DNA of 63,328 nt, filler included, from Guillardia theta CCMP2712 (Eukaryota > Protista > Cryptophyta), in NCBI RefSeq assembly GCF_000315625.1. It is 6 parts of 6 records of this genome, joined end to end, with 100 filler letters (N's around TTAATTAATTAA, not from the genome) between each part and the next. Parts side by side here need not be neighbours in the genome. Positions count along the whole stretch, not along the records: positions 39,619 to 52,554 come from NW_005434600.1; positions 52,655 to 56,737 come from NW_005434142.1; positions 56,838 to 61,567 come from NW_005434171.1; 3 more parts are not named here. One strand, 5' to 3'. The notes under the pieces are model-generated. The model worked only from the letters and a program-made list of their open reading frames with translations, was not told the origin of the DNA and searched no databases. How positions within the stretch are numbered: position 1 is the first letter of the stretch; every line of letters begins with the position of its first letter. The position numbers were made by a program, and so were the translations under genes. Below, piece after piece: positions 49,601 to 61,529 of the stretch.

Positions 49601-51053
49601 CACACCGACCTTGTTCATCGGAGGATCAGATACGTCAGCTCAGCTTGTCTTGACGAAGAGCATCCTTGAGAGCGGGATCCGCGGCTTCCTCGTGCGGTTC
49701 GAGGGCACGGCATCAACTAGCGGTCAGCTGGGCTTGCCCAACATCATCTGGGAGGTGACGTTCTTCCAAGACAACACCATCAGGGTGTCGGTCGGTCGCC
49801 TCGGCAACATGAACGGCCTCTCGATTCTCAGCAATGGCAAGGGAAAGATCTTGTTGCCGCTCAACTTCCAGCAGCACTCTGCCCAACTGCTGCATCTCAG
49901 GAACTTGTGCGCTGTCGACAAGCAGCAAACTTCTTGCGACCGACTCGAGTTGACGTCGGCTGGCAAGACACAAGTGTTGCTCAACGAGTTTCAAGTCTTC
50001 CGTGGTCGCTCCCTCACCCTCCACTTCTTCTCCAACGTGAACAATCGAAGTTCGCCCTTTCCCTTCAACCTCTCCTGGGGAGGAAAGTCGAAGTCGATCT
50101 GCGGCAACGGTCTGCGCGACTGGACCTTCCGCATGCTCACATCGGTGAACTGCACGTCGACAAAGTCGTTGAGCTACACGTCAACGATCAACAATGGGAT
50201 GGGAGGAGTTTGGTCTCAAAACTACTGGATGTCTTCTTGCAACGTTGCAATCTGGCCTGTGATCAACACAACTGGTCCGATGTATCTTCTTGTCGAAATG
50301 GCTTCGACGTCTCTTTATGGCGGGTCCATCATGAACGTGACGTTGAACCGCAACAACATTCCCTTCTCCTCCCCTGACTACATCAGGCCGACTTGCGGAT
50401 CGACAGTTCCGATTGTGCTAACAAAGATCGCTCCAGACATGCATGGACCCAAGTTTTCGCTTCAGATCAACGTGATGTATCCCAACTGCTGGTACTGCAG
50501 CTCCTATCACACGTGCTACTACATCGACGCCGTCGCGTATCTCGCCACTGCTGACGTCTTCGAAGAATGCGACGACGGGAACCAGATGGATGGAGACGGC
50601 TGCAGCAGCACGTGCACCGTCGAGTCAGGAGGGACCTGCAACAGCAGCTTCAGCATCGGGTCGCTGCAGGCTGGTCCGGACGTGTGCCACGGCAGATTCA
50701 GCGGCATGCGGCTGCAGCTGCAAGGAGGATGTTCGAGCTGGATGTCTATGCTCAACTCATCATCATATCCGTTCTTGTGGGGTGAAGACCCCAGCTACAG
50801 GAACTGCTCGCTCCCTCACACGTGGGAAGAGATTGTGGTTCCGGCAGTGAAGAACTGCTCAGTCCAGTACAAGATGGGAGGGCTCGGCCTGCTCATGTCG
50901 GATGAGTTTCAAATTTGGATTTGCGTTAAGAACCATCCGTGCTCGCTGGTTGCTAGCAATCCTTACTTCTGCTTTGTGTACGATGAGGTCAACCTGAGGT
51001 TTGTTCCTTGGGGAAGCAATTCAGACCTCCACCTCTTTGATATCGCGAAGTGA
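44113..51053 (+). CDS. Secreted multidomain S8 subtilisin-like protease (KP-43/TagC type) with PA, C-terminal jelly-roll, EGF, Myxococcus-type Cys-rich (DUF4215) and NIDO-like modules; 1-nt frameshift near 48108
   Basis: Signal peptide; triad motifs IADTG (45160), GHGTHV (45355), AAGNSG (45664) and SGTSMATP (47701); then FRATLVWTDPP..DLDL..NNVEQI, CPNDCSGHGIC and CGDG..EECDDGN..GDGCS repeats. ORFs 44059-48174 and 48153-51053 become one ~2313-aa protein if one base is added. Confidence 0.92.
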
Positions 51054-51164
51054 GAAGCAACTTCATGGTATCTTGTTTATGCTGAGCGTTTTGTTGTGTG
51101 TTTGCCACCACAACGATTCATGTAGTGGAGAGATCACCAATAAATCTGTTGATGAATGAAACTT

Positions 51165-51707
51165 ACGTCCCTCTGCACACCGTCATCTTTTGCCTACTGC
51201 ATGCCCTTGTTTTGTCATGTTCAACAGCAGGGAACGACAAGAGAGTTGATTCTTCGACATCCGACATGTGATTGAGAGGATATAGAGGAAAACAATTCAC
51301 CACATTCACGAGGAACAAGATTGTATCCAGTACATTTCTCGTGAGTTGTCTGTTTACACAGAAGAGCATTTATGGATTGATTTTCAAACTCCTTGAAAAA
51401 CAAATTCGTCTGATTTTGTCAAACAGAGAATCGCACACCATCGCTGCGCTGCAGGAGTAATACAGCAAGCTTGTTACGATGCCAACCCAAAGGGTGTGAA
51501 ATATTTTTGACAAAGATTGAAGGGTTCGATGTTGAGCGCCTTCCACAGGTCCTTGGCACCAAGATAAGAGCAAGACGACACACACAAGGAGATAGTTTGA
51601 CATGCGGCAGCAGCAGCATCAACACGAAAACGAGGACAAACATCGTTCTGTACCTGTGTCAGCTTGAAGTTGACAAGGCCGGTTGTCAGGTCCTCGAGGC
51701 AAATCCT
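51165..51707 (-). other. Possible spliced gene fragment truncated at the duplication junction
   Basis: Short exon-like segments with GT/AG ends (ICLEDLTTGLVNFKLTQ; DLWKALNIEPFNLCQKYFTPF) run up to the start of the duplicated block. No recognisable family. Confidence 0.3.
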
Positions 51708-52554
51708 ACCGCACCCTTCTTGTTCTGGTCCTCCCCCTCCTCCCCCTCTTCTTCCTCCCCCTCCTTCAGATACTCCAATACCCCCCCCCTTTGTCTCCTC
51801 TCTCATTTTTCATTCGCCTTCTCCCCTCTCTGCTCGTCCTCCTCTCCCTCCTCCCTCCGTCTCCACTCCCTCCTCCTCTCCCTCCTCCACGCTCACTTCC
51901 TCCCTTCTCCTCCTCCAGGTACACCGCAAGAACAAGCACAATGCCAATGAAAGGGGGGAAGGAGAGAGGAAGGTAAAAGTTTGAAAGGAAGGCAAAGGGA
52001 GAAAGTGATGAAGGTTACGAGGGAATGGAGAGCAGGGAAGATACGAGAGGAGAGTGGAGGAGGTGGAGGAGGTGGAGGAGAGGAGAGAAGAAAAGAGAAG
52101 AGTAGGAGCAAGCAGGGAGATGTCTTGACCTGCTGTTCAGGTTCGCAGAAAGCTGGATTTGGCCAAGGCAAAGGTGGTGGCTGCTGCTGGTGGTGGTGCT
52201 GTGTCGAAAAAGAAGAGGAAGGGAAGGAAGTAGAGGGAGGAGGATGGTGGGCTGGTGGTTCTAGAGGCTCAAAGTGGGGTCCTTGCTTGTTGGTTGTAAA
52301 TCTTACTCTTCGATAGACCTCCTCCTCCTCCTGCTCCTGCTCCTCCTCCTCCTCCTCCTTCCTCCTCCTCCTCCTCCTTGTCCTCCTCCTCCTTGTCCTC
52401 CTCCTCGTCCTCGTCCTTGTCCTCTTCCCTCCATCCGCCATCGCCCTACCTCCCAACTTCCTCCTCCCTTCCCGCTCTACCCTCCTCCCTCCTTCCTCCT
52501 TCCTCATCCTGCATAAGGTAACTGAACGGATTGTCCTCCGGATCTTTCTCTGCA
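51708..52554 (+). repeat. Segmental duplicate of 40575-40835 plus 41355-41963 (degenerate uS15 3' part and COG0523 last exon)
   Basis: Near-identical sequence by direct comparison, with substitutions (VHRKDKH vs VHRKNKH), microsatellite length changes and a ~520-nt internal deletion. Confidence 0.92.
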
Positions 52555-54317
52555 NNNNNNNNNNNNNNNNNNNNNNNNNNNNNNNNNNNNNNNNNNNNTT
52601 AATTAATTAANNNNNNNNNNNNNNNNNNNNNNNNNNNNNNNNNNNNNNNNNNNNATACTCTTTCCCTTCTCCCTCTTCCTTACTCTCTTCCTTACTCTCT
52701 CCCTTACTCTCTCCCTTACTCTCTATCCCTTACTCTCTCCCTTACTCTCTATCCCTTACTCTCTCCCTTACTCTATCCCTTACTCTCTCCCTTACTCTTG
52801 AATTTTCGGACGCTGAAAGATGAATATCAGGACACAGTCAACTCGACTATCGAGAAACTCAACAGCCAAGAAGGTTCAGCCACACAGACAGGCAAACAAG
52901 GATCAGATGCGCAATCTACCTTTTCCCAGCTCTGATACGACTTATGGATCAGCGTTCATCTTTGTTTTCGATGTTATTCTTTCCTGCTCGCTCTACCACC
53001 CTTACACACTGAAGTTCAAAAATACTGACTCAATACAAACATCCGTCGCTTGTCCCTCCTTGCATCATGGCATTCCATCTCCTTCCTATCTCGTCAGCCT
53101 GTTTTCCGGCCCCCGTCAGTTTCCTTTCTCGGCGTGAAGTGCGGATCGGAAACAAACTTGCCATGAAGATTGAAAGAAGAGACTAACAGGACTCCGTGAA
53201 CAACACTCTTACAAGTCACTAAGGCCCCCTTTTCGCCGCGGCCGCTGCCTGCGCCGCCCGGGCCCGGGACTGTTAGTGGCACAGGCTGCGCCACTGCAAT
53301 GCTCTGAGCCGCCAGCCGGGCTCCCGGACTCCGAATCGGAAGGGGCAGTGATCCGGCGCAGGCGCGGCCTCGGACCACTGGTAGTGTCACTGTCCGTGAT
53401 CGGCGGACGGGCCGCCGCCGGGCCGCCCCCGGTTCAACTCGGCGACACCGTGCCGATGGGCGGACCCGCCATGACCGTATCGGACGGCCCAGGGCCACCG
53501 GTACGGTAACGGTGGCCGGGCGGCCCGGCAGCGTGCTGGCAGCCGCGGACTCAGGCCCTGAGTGCCCGGCCAGTTTTCTTTACTTTTTGCCTTTACTCAA
53601 CATTAAGTAAAAATCAGTACGAGCCTCCTCCAGTGTCGCCATCAGTGTACCGCAATTCATCATTTTACAATTTTACCTGGTACTTAATTTTAGCTGGTAG
53701 TGAAGATGGTCGTCAGTTGGTACAAAGTAGCGCCAATAATGCAAATAGTCGTAGGTCTAGAAGAGGGGAGGTAGGGGTGGTAGTGTTGATCTATATCTTA
53801 TGGGGTACCATTTGTACTGGTTTTGTTGCCTTTCAAAGGAAAATGGGGGTGGGTTAATCAAATGCGACTAGGGGGTGGGTAGTCGCAAAGACTCATTCAG
53901 CACGTCAGTTGTGTGATGGCGCAGTCAAACTGTAGAGGCGATGCGACGACAACTGAGCAGGAGGAGGAGGTAGGAGGGAGGTAGGAGGAGGAGAGAGGAG
54001 GGAGGATAGGAGCGCAAGGGCAAGGAGATGAGGAGAGGAAGAGAGGAAGAGGCTAGCTACTGGGAGGACTCGGACCACTCAGTGTCAGAGAAGGTAGCCA
54101 GTGGCGCGGCGACTCGGAGGAGGAAGTGGAGAGGAAAGAATGAGAGGAAACAGGCTGAGGGGCGGGGGGAGGGGCAGAGGAGGAGAGGACAGTGGAAAGA
54201 AAGAAGAGAGGAGGGAGGAAAGAGAATTGAACCAGAAAGAGAATAGAAAGAGGTGCAAGTGTGTTGAGGCGAAGATGAGAAGCTGAGTGAGGAGTGAGGA
54301 GGGAATAGAGGAGGCAG

Positions 54318-54471
54318 TATATGATATGATATGATATGATATGATATGATATGATAGGATATGATAGGATAGGATAGGATAGGATAGGATAGGATAGGAT
54401 AGGATAGGATGGGATGGGATAGGATAGGATAGGATAGGATAGGATAGGATAGGATAGGATAGGATAGGATA
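54318..54471. repeat. (ATATG)n/(ATAGG)n pentanucleotide satellite
   Basis: Tandem array seen directly. Confidence 0.95.
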
Positions 54472-55028
54472 GCAGCGAGCATGACAGGATACGGTGATAA
54501 AGGAGAACATGACAGGAGGGTAAGGGGACAGGAGTGGATTGGGGGTGCTTGCAAAGATGATAAGACGTAGGGCGAATGGTGCACACAAGCTGTGGTCTAG
54601 GACTTGTGGGAGCACATGTTCTGCGGTCATGGTGGATGAAGCGAGCGAATGAGGAGGATGCGCAGCTGATTGATCCTTCCCAGGGCTTAAAGCATTCCTG
54701 AATTCCCGTCTCTGGTCGGTGTGGCTAGGAAGCGACTAAAGGATGAACGGAGCAGGTCAAGGTATCAATGGAGGTGAGGGAAGGTAAACGCCAGATACAT
54801 CGAGTGGATTGCTCACTTGAAAATGACCGGATGTCGACAAACCTGATAGCACCATAGCACCATCCCTTGAAACAGTTGCTCTTTGAGGATGTGTTGATAC
54901 ACAACTTGACGGTTTAGCAAACACCATGGGGGGAATGGTATCTCTTGTACGAAAAAAGAGAAGAAACCAGACAAGCAACCAACTGTGTTTGTCGGAAAGT
55001 TGGGATTCGGAGGAAGCTGCTTGTTCAG

Positions 55029-55617
55029 AGTAGGACAAGTGCTGGGGAAAGGATCCTTTGGAGTTGTCAGGATTGCCCAACACAACAAGACAGGGTTCTT
55101 GTATGCTCTCAAAATCCTGAAGAAGGTGGAAGTGCTTGGTTCGCGTCAGGTAGTTTTGGCTGTTGTCTTGTTTGAGAGAAAGATTGGAAATGACAATCAT
55201 CGAAGGTTGAACACATTCTTGACGAGAAACGAATCATGGAGATTACGAATGGACATCAAGCAATCATCACTTTGTACGGAACTTTCCAGGTGAAAAAAAG
55301 TTCTGTCCTGCAAGTAGGGAGAGGATAATTGAGATTAATGTGATCAGGATGAACGAAATCTGTACATGGTGTTGGAACTTGCGCAGGGTGGAGAAATGTT
55401 CAAATTGCTAAGAAGGCTGGAAAGGTACTGACTGACTGAGTGATTGACTATCATTCTTTTCTCGATATCACACCACCTCTTCCTCATCATCAATTCATCG
55501 TCATAATATCTTGTTTCCTGCTCTCTCCTCCTCCTCCTCCCCTCCCCCCCTTCCCTTCCCCTCCTCCTCCGTTCACCTTCTCCTCCATTCACCTCCTCCT
55601 CCATTCACCTCTTCGTC

Positions 55618-55665
<48 letters not shown>

Positions 55666-56598
55666 TTAACATGCTGGTCAGGTTTGAGGTGGATACTGCC
55701 AAGTTTTACTGCGCGCAAGTCATTCTTGGTCTTCATCATCTTCATTCGATGAACATCGTCTACCGAGATCTCAAGGTTGCTGCTTACGAGATTGACAAGT
55801 TGATCGTCTAGAGATGATATCTACAAATTGATTGTCTGTTGATTCGGAAGTTGTGCGAATGATTGGGAGGCGATGATGAAGAAGTTCAGAAGTGTTGCTT
55901 TCATCCCATTCTACTTTGAAGATGATGGAGAAGATGATGTCAGAGGCGGTGGTGGTGGTGGTGATTGTGATTGTGATGATGATGATGATGGAGATGAAGA
56001 TGGCGATGATTGTTCTAATCTTTCATGTTTCAGCCTGAAAATCTTATGTTGGACTCTCGAGGTAATTCTATCCTCTCTCTCTCATCACATCATAACACCG
56101 GGACAGGATACGTCAAGATTGTTGATTTTGGTTTTGCGAAGGTAAACAAGGGAGGATGATCGAATAGGAAAGGGGAGGGAGGGGAAGGGAAGAGCATAGC
56201 ACAGAACAGAGGGAAGGAGAGAAGAATCTTTGTCTAAACGAAACAGAGAATGATGAAATGGAAGTGATGAGAGAATGGAGATATTACAAGAAAGAGAGTC
56301 AACAAAGATGAAAAGAACTGATTGCAACTCAGATTGTTGAGGATCGAACTTGGACTCTGTGCGGGACTCCAGGTAATTTTTATTTTTGTATTGTTGTTCT
56401 TGTTCTTGTTCTTGTTCTTGTTCTTGTTCTTGTTCTTGTTCTTGTTCTTGTTCTTGTTCTTGTTCTTGTTCTTGTTCTTGTTCTTGTTCTTGTTCTTGTT
56501 CTTGTTCTTGTTCTTGTTCTTGTTCTTGTTCTTGTTCTTGTTCTTGTTCTTGTTTTGACATCGTCTTGCAGAGTATGTTGCTCCAGAGATTATCAGAT
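55029..56598 (+). CDS. AGC Ser/Thr kinase, PKA catalytic-subunit-like; 5' exons unresolved, 3' end in gap
   Basis: Spliced [109 protein letters not shown]. Confidence 0.93.
56396..56555. repeat. (TTCTTG)n microsatellite in a kinase intron
   Basis: Tandem array seen directly. Confidence 0.95.
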
Positions 56599-56870
56599 GT
56601 GAGGGGTATGGAGCTGCCGTGGATTGGTGGTGCGTTCAACTGACCCACACGAGTCCCTCCTTCCACTTGCTCCTTCTCACGTTCCTGCTCCTTTCTCACC
56701 GTATGGTCCACTCGCTCCTCGTCTACTCCCTCTCGTCNNNNNNNNNNNNNNNNNNNNNNNNNNNNNNNNNNNNNNNNNNNNTTAATTAATTAANNNNNNN
56801 NNNNNNNNNNNNNNNNNNNNNNNNNNNNNNNNNNNNNGCAATCTTGCATAGATCACTCTGTCACATAGAA

Positions 56871-57056
56871 AGCTTGCTCACCGATGCACAAGTGAGCTTG
56901 CTCACCGATGCACAAGTGAGCTTGCTCACCGATGCACAAGTGAGCTTGCTCACCGATGCACAAGTGAGCTTGCTCACCGATGCACAAGTGAGCTTGCTCA
57001 CCGATGCACAAGTGAGCTTGCTCACCGATGCACAAGTGAAGTTGCTCACCGATGCA
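56871..57056. repeat. 24-bp minisatellite AGCTTGCTCACCGATGCACAAGTG, ~7.5 copies
   Basis: Head-to-tail, almost identical copies with no spacers. Confidence 0.95.
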
Positions 57057-60000
57057 CCAGTAGCTCCGGCAGTCTCTCATGTGTAAGGCTAGCCACCAGT
57101 AGCTCTGTGACATCAACACGTCCCTCGATCGCAGTCTCCTGGGAGTTGCTGATTTGATCCTACTCAAAGCTGACGATCAAGAGACTTGAAATAACAGTCA
57201 GACTCGGAATCGACTAGTACCTCCCAGTGTTTTCCGGCAACTTCATGTCCGGTCCGCAGTGTAGCTGATGTCCGACCGACCAATCTGGCTGGAGAGAGGC
57301 TTGTTGTTCCTAGAGTGCATCCGAAGATGGATCAAACAGATTGTGGCTGGGATACTCGTGATAGGGCTGACTTGAAACAACTTGCGGCTAGAGAGGGAGC
57401 CTGATTGAAGAGAAGAGTCATCCGAATGTGTGTAACGAGACTTGATGGAATTGCACGAGTTTGCAGCAGAAACGAAAAAACACCAACAAACAGAAACTGC
57501 AGAAAACATTATGACTGACCAGACATGAGATCAACATGGTTGGGCATGTATACGAGGCTTGTGACTCCTGGGTCATGACGGATCGAAATCAAGCTTGTTG
57601 CAAGTGGACCGACGTTGTGTGACGCACGGAAGTCTCGAGTCTGATTTTGAAATCAGACCCGAGAATTTCAGAGTCTTTGAGACTTTTTGAAACTCATTCC
57701 AGTGTCACACAACTCCGCAAGCTCCGAGCGACTGTGTGCAAGAGCCGCCGCTTCGTAAACAGTCCTCCGAGTGTACCGGCAGACACTCGCCAACCTACTT
57801 GGCTCAACGCCGAGGACCGAGCTCAGGAGTACCCGTAGTCAGGTCAGACTGTTAGGCTAGATAGCACCCGGGTGTGTAGACAGGTCATAGGCTACTAGGA
57901 TGTCTCGCGAGATCTTCTCTGGCAAGGGATGGAGTGAGACCGGGTTACCCGTTAATGAAAGTTGGCGTGTATGGACTATGGTGGAGGGGTGGCTTCGGCC
58001 CTGTGGTGGGGGAGGGGGTGGTGCTGAGGAATGGATCTGGTCTTGTGCTGACCGCTGACGTGGCTATCAAAGACCACCATCAGAAGCATGACGACTGAGT
58101 CACTCTCTTTCCTCTCTCATGGACGCGATTCCAACCCCCCCGATGTGTTCATCCATCCTCCCCTTGGACAAGACAAGGTCTCCAACCTCTTCCTCCTGAA
58201 TGCCGGTTTTCGCTGCCTCCATCGTTTCCTAGTATTTTATTGAGGCGGGTTTGTTGGCTCTATCCTCCCCCTCCTTTGTTTGCTCCGGTTTGTCCTTCTT
58301 TTTCAGTCAATAATTGAATGATCACTTGCTTTCCCNNNNNNNNNNNNNNNNNNNNNNNNNNNNNNNNNNNNNNNNNNNNNNNNNNNNNNNNNNNNNNNNN
58401 NNNNNNNNNNNNNNNNNNNNNNNNNNNNNNNNNNNNNNNNNNNNNNNNNNCACAGGTATTCAGTTAACACAAGAGGACCAACACCTTCTTCCACTCTTCC
58501 GTGTGAGACGCTGTCATCGGTTACCTGACGCCGCGCGTCGACCCGAGACGAAGAGACAAGTTGGTTCGTGCCGAGCATCGTTTGTCCCAAGAGTCATCGT
58601 GTGCTGATCAGAGGATCTCAGCTGCTCCCGGCTCTGATCTCATTACTGCTCCTTGGGTCACTGAGCACTCGCTCACACAATGTATAACTCAAGATCTTGA
58701 ATGTTTGATCGATCAGAGTTCGTTTCACTCTACTGCGTCTCACAACATTCAGTAACGAGGAGAACAGTCACATAGGCTAGTGTAGCCGTTCTCTTTGGTT
58801 GCCGGGTCAGTTAACCCCACGTCTCTTGGTACTAACTTTAGTCTATTTCAAACCTAAATTCAGTTGAGTCAAGAAGGAAAAGTCAGGTGGGCAATTTGGT
58901 CAAATGAGTCAAATGATATATGGCTGCAGTAGTACTATAGTAGGCCTCTTGTCTTGCATGTCGGGTTGTGCTGGAGGAGCTGAGAGACACCCAGAGGTCT
59001 TGCTCACGGGGGGGCGATGAGGCGGAGGAGCTGAGAGCATGTGGTCATGAAGCTGGCCGGGCTGTAGTGACGTCTAGTCATCATGGATGGAGATGAAGCT
59101 TGTTGCTAGGGGATCACTCGAGCGCTCTTAGACGCATGACCGTGACACGAGCAGCCTCGGTGAAGCCTCCAGCTGACAACCCTTGGTCTTGACCCCTCCC
59201 AGGTCTGCTCCGAGGCCCTCGCCAGCTGACCCCTGGACTCAAGGGTGGATCGAGCTCAGGAGTACCGGTAGTCAGCCGAGACTATCAGAGCTCATACAGC
59301 ACCCCCGGGCCCGGGCCCGGCGGCCCGGGGTCACAGTGTAGTCAGATCGGACGGTGTAGATAGAGCAGTGAGCTTGTAGGCTGGCTCGCGAGGCTGCTCT
59401 GAGCAAGAGGCTCAGTGAGACGGCGGGGAGGTATGGCGATGTGGAGACGAGGAGGAGAGTCAGTCCGGGTTCTTGGCCACACGGCCCTCGACCTTCGCAG
59501 TAGATGACTGAGTTAGTCAATCCTCTCAACGGTTTTCATCGTCAGCAGTCCGCCTCGGATCCGTTGCTCATTCAGCGTCCACCCCTTACGCTGACTAGGG
59601 GAAACCTGGGGCTTCTGGGGGTGGGGTAGGGCAGTGCAAAATACATCAACAGGTGGGGTAGGCTGGTGTCGCTCACCCGTACCTGATAGGCGGAAACCAT
59701 GGGATTGAAGAGGGTGGTATACGACTAGGGTAGGGATCCATGTAGAGGGGTGGTTGGGCGGGAAACATGGCAGGAGGATGAAGGGGAGAGCGGGAGGAGA
59801 GAGGGAGAGAGGATGGAAGGAGCTTGAGGGAGGGTGACGACAAGCTTGTCTTGTCGCTCGTGTGTGAGAGATGTCTTGTAACTGCTGCAGAGAGAAAGAG
59901 AAGAGGAGAAGAGGAGAGGAGAGGAGAGGAGAAGATAGAAGAGGATAGGATAGAAGAGGAGAGAATAGGAGAGGAGAACAGAGGAGAGAAGTTTAGTGAA

Positions 60001-60592
60001 ATAAAGAGGAGAGGAGGAGAGGAGCGAAAAGGAGAGGAGATGATAGATGAGGAGAGGAGAGGAGAGGAGAGGAGAGGAGAGGAGAGGAGAGGAGAGAAGT
60101 TTAGTGAAATAGAGAGAAAAGGAGAGAAGAGTAGCGAAGAGAAGAGAAGTTTGGTGAAATCAAAAGAAGAATAGGAGAGAATAGGAGAAGAGAGGAGAGC
60201 AAAGCAGAAGAGGGAAGGGAAAGGAAGGGAAGAGAACACAAGAGAAGTTAAGGGAAACAAAAGAAGTGGAGAGAAGAGAACAAAGGAGTGAAGAGAAGAG
60301 AAAAATGGAGAGGAGAGAAGAGGAGAGGAGATGAATGGAGAGGAATGAATAAAAAGGGAAGCGAAGGGAAGCGAACAAAACAGCAGAGAAGAGAAGAATC
60401 GAAAGAGCAAAGCAAAGAAGAGGGGAGGGGAGAGGAGAGGGGAGAAGAACGACAGGAGGAGCGGGAACAGGAGAGTTAAGAGAGAACGAGAGATGAGGAG
60501 AGCAGAGCCCAGAGCAACTCTCGATGACATGACGCTTGTGACAGGCGTTGAGATCTGTTGGGCCTTGTCCCCTCCTGCTAGTCTGGTACGGC

Positions 60593-61529
60593 ATGGGGAA
60601 GGATGTACAGAGAGAGATCCTAGAGCTTGAGCGTGAGCTCTTGACCTTGAGAGTCAAGAATGAAGTGCTGCTCGCCCACACCTCCGCTCTCGCTCAAATT
60701 AGCCATCCCACGGCTGATCCACCAGCTAGTGCCCAGCAGACGACCAGCTGGACTATCCCCGACGACATCAGCTCTGACCTCAAGAAGCTCTTTCAGACCC
60801 CTCGAGACTCAAAGGAATACAAAACGATTCTCAACAACCTCCGCATGGCTCTCGGCGTCGACGCGTCGGCCCTCAGCCCTGACAAGCTCTCGTACGACGA
60901 CTACGAGGTCAGAGTCGCAAGAGAGTGGGAGCTCGAGCGCAAGGCCAGCAGCCTCGGCGACCTCAACATCCTCCGAGTCATGGCGGAGTGCATCCCCGGC
61001 GGGAGCGCGGCGAGTCCTCTTGCGGGGCTACAGGGGATGACGGAGAGCGCTCTATCGGCTCTATGGCAGACGGCGATAGGGAGGAGGCTCGAGGAGGCGC
61101 TGAGGAGGCCGGCGGAGGCAGGAGGGCGGGCGGGAGGAGACAGTCCGACGTCGCACAACAGCAAGTTTGCGGTGAATGAGTCGGACGGTACAGGCAGCGG
61201 GGAGGTACGCGAGGCCGTGTACGGGAAGATCGAGGAGTACTACGGGGGGCTGATGGAGCGGATCGGGCTACCTCAGACGGAGCTGATGAAGGCGATAGAG
61301 GAGGAGCACTGCAAGGGCAAGGACGCAGAGGAAGCGTTCACGACGAGCAACTACAACATCACGACGACAGCCAAGGAGGAGTGGCTCAACGTGACAGACC
61401 CGGAGAGGAGGCGGAGGCTGTCGGACGGGACGCGGGTGATCCGAGGGATGGAGGAGCTGAAGGGGCTGGACACGGCGATCAAGGCGGGGCTACAGGAGGC
61501 GGAGCTGATCGCGCTGCAGCTCTACACAG
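60593..61529 (+). CDS. N-terminal part of a putative NAD+-arginine ADP-ribosyltransferase-family protein; the remainder is presumably in the gap
   Basis: Motif series NSKF..YG..EYYGGL.ERIGLP..AIEEEH..FTTSNYNITTT..EEW..V..AGLQEAELIALQLYTG, which I recognise as preceding the ART domain in an algal gene family. Catalytic R-S-ExE residues are not visible. Confidence 0.65.

Noticed and set aside
54926-55033. MGGMVSLVRKKR as a myristoylated kinase N-terminus
   Set aside because: This frame is not the kinase frame and stops at TAG near 55031; the true 5' exons could not be resolved.
56871-57056. 24-bp and 32-bp (62130-62283) repeats as CRISPR arrays
   Set aside because: No unique spacers, no cas genes, and eukaryotic context.
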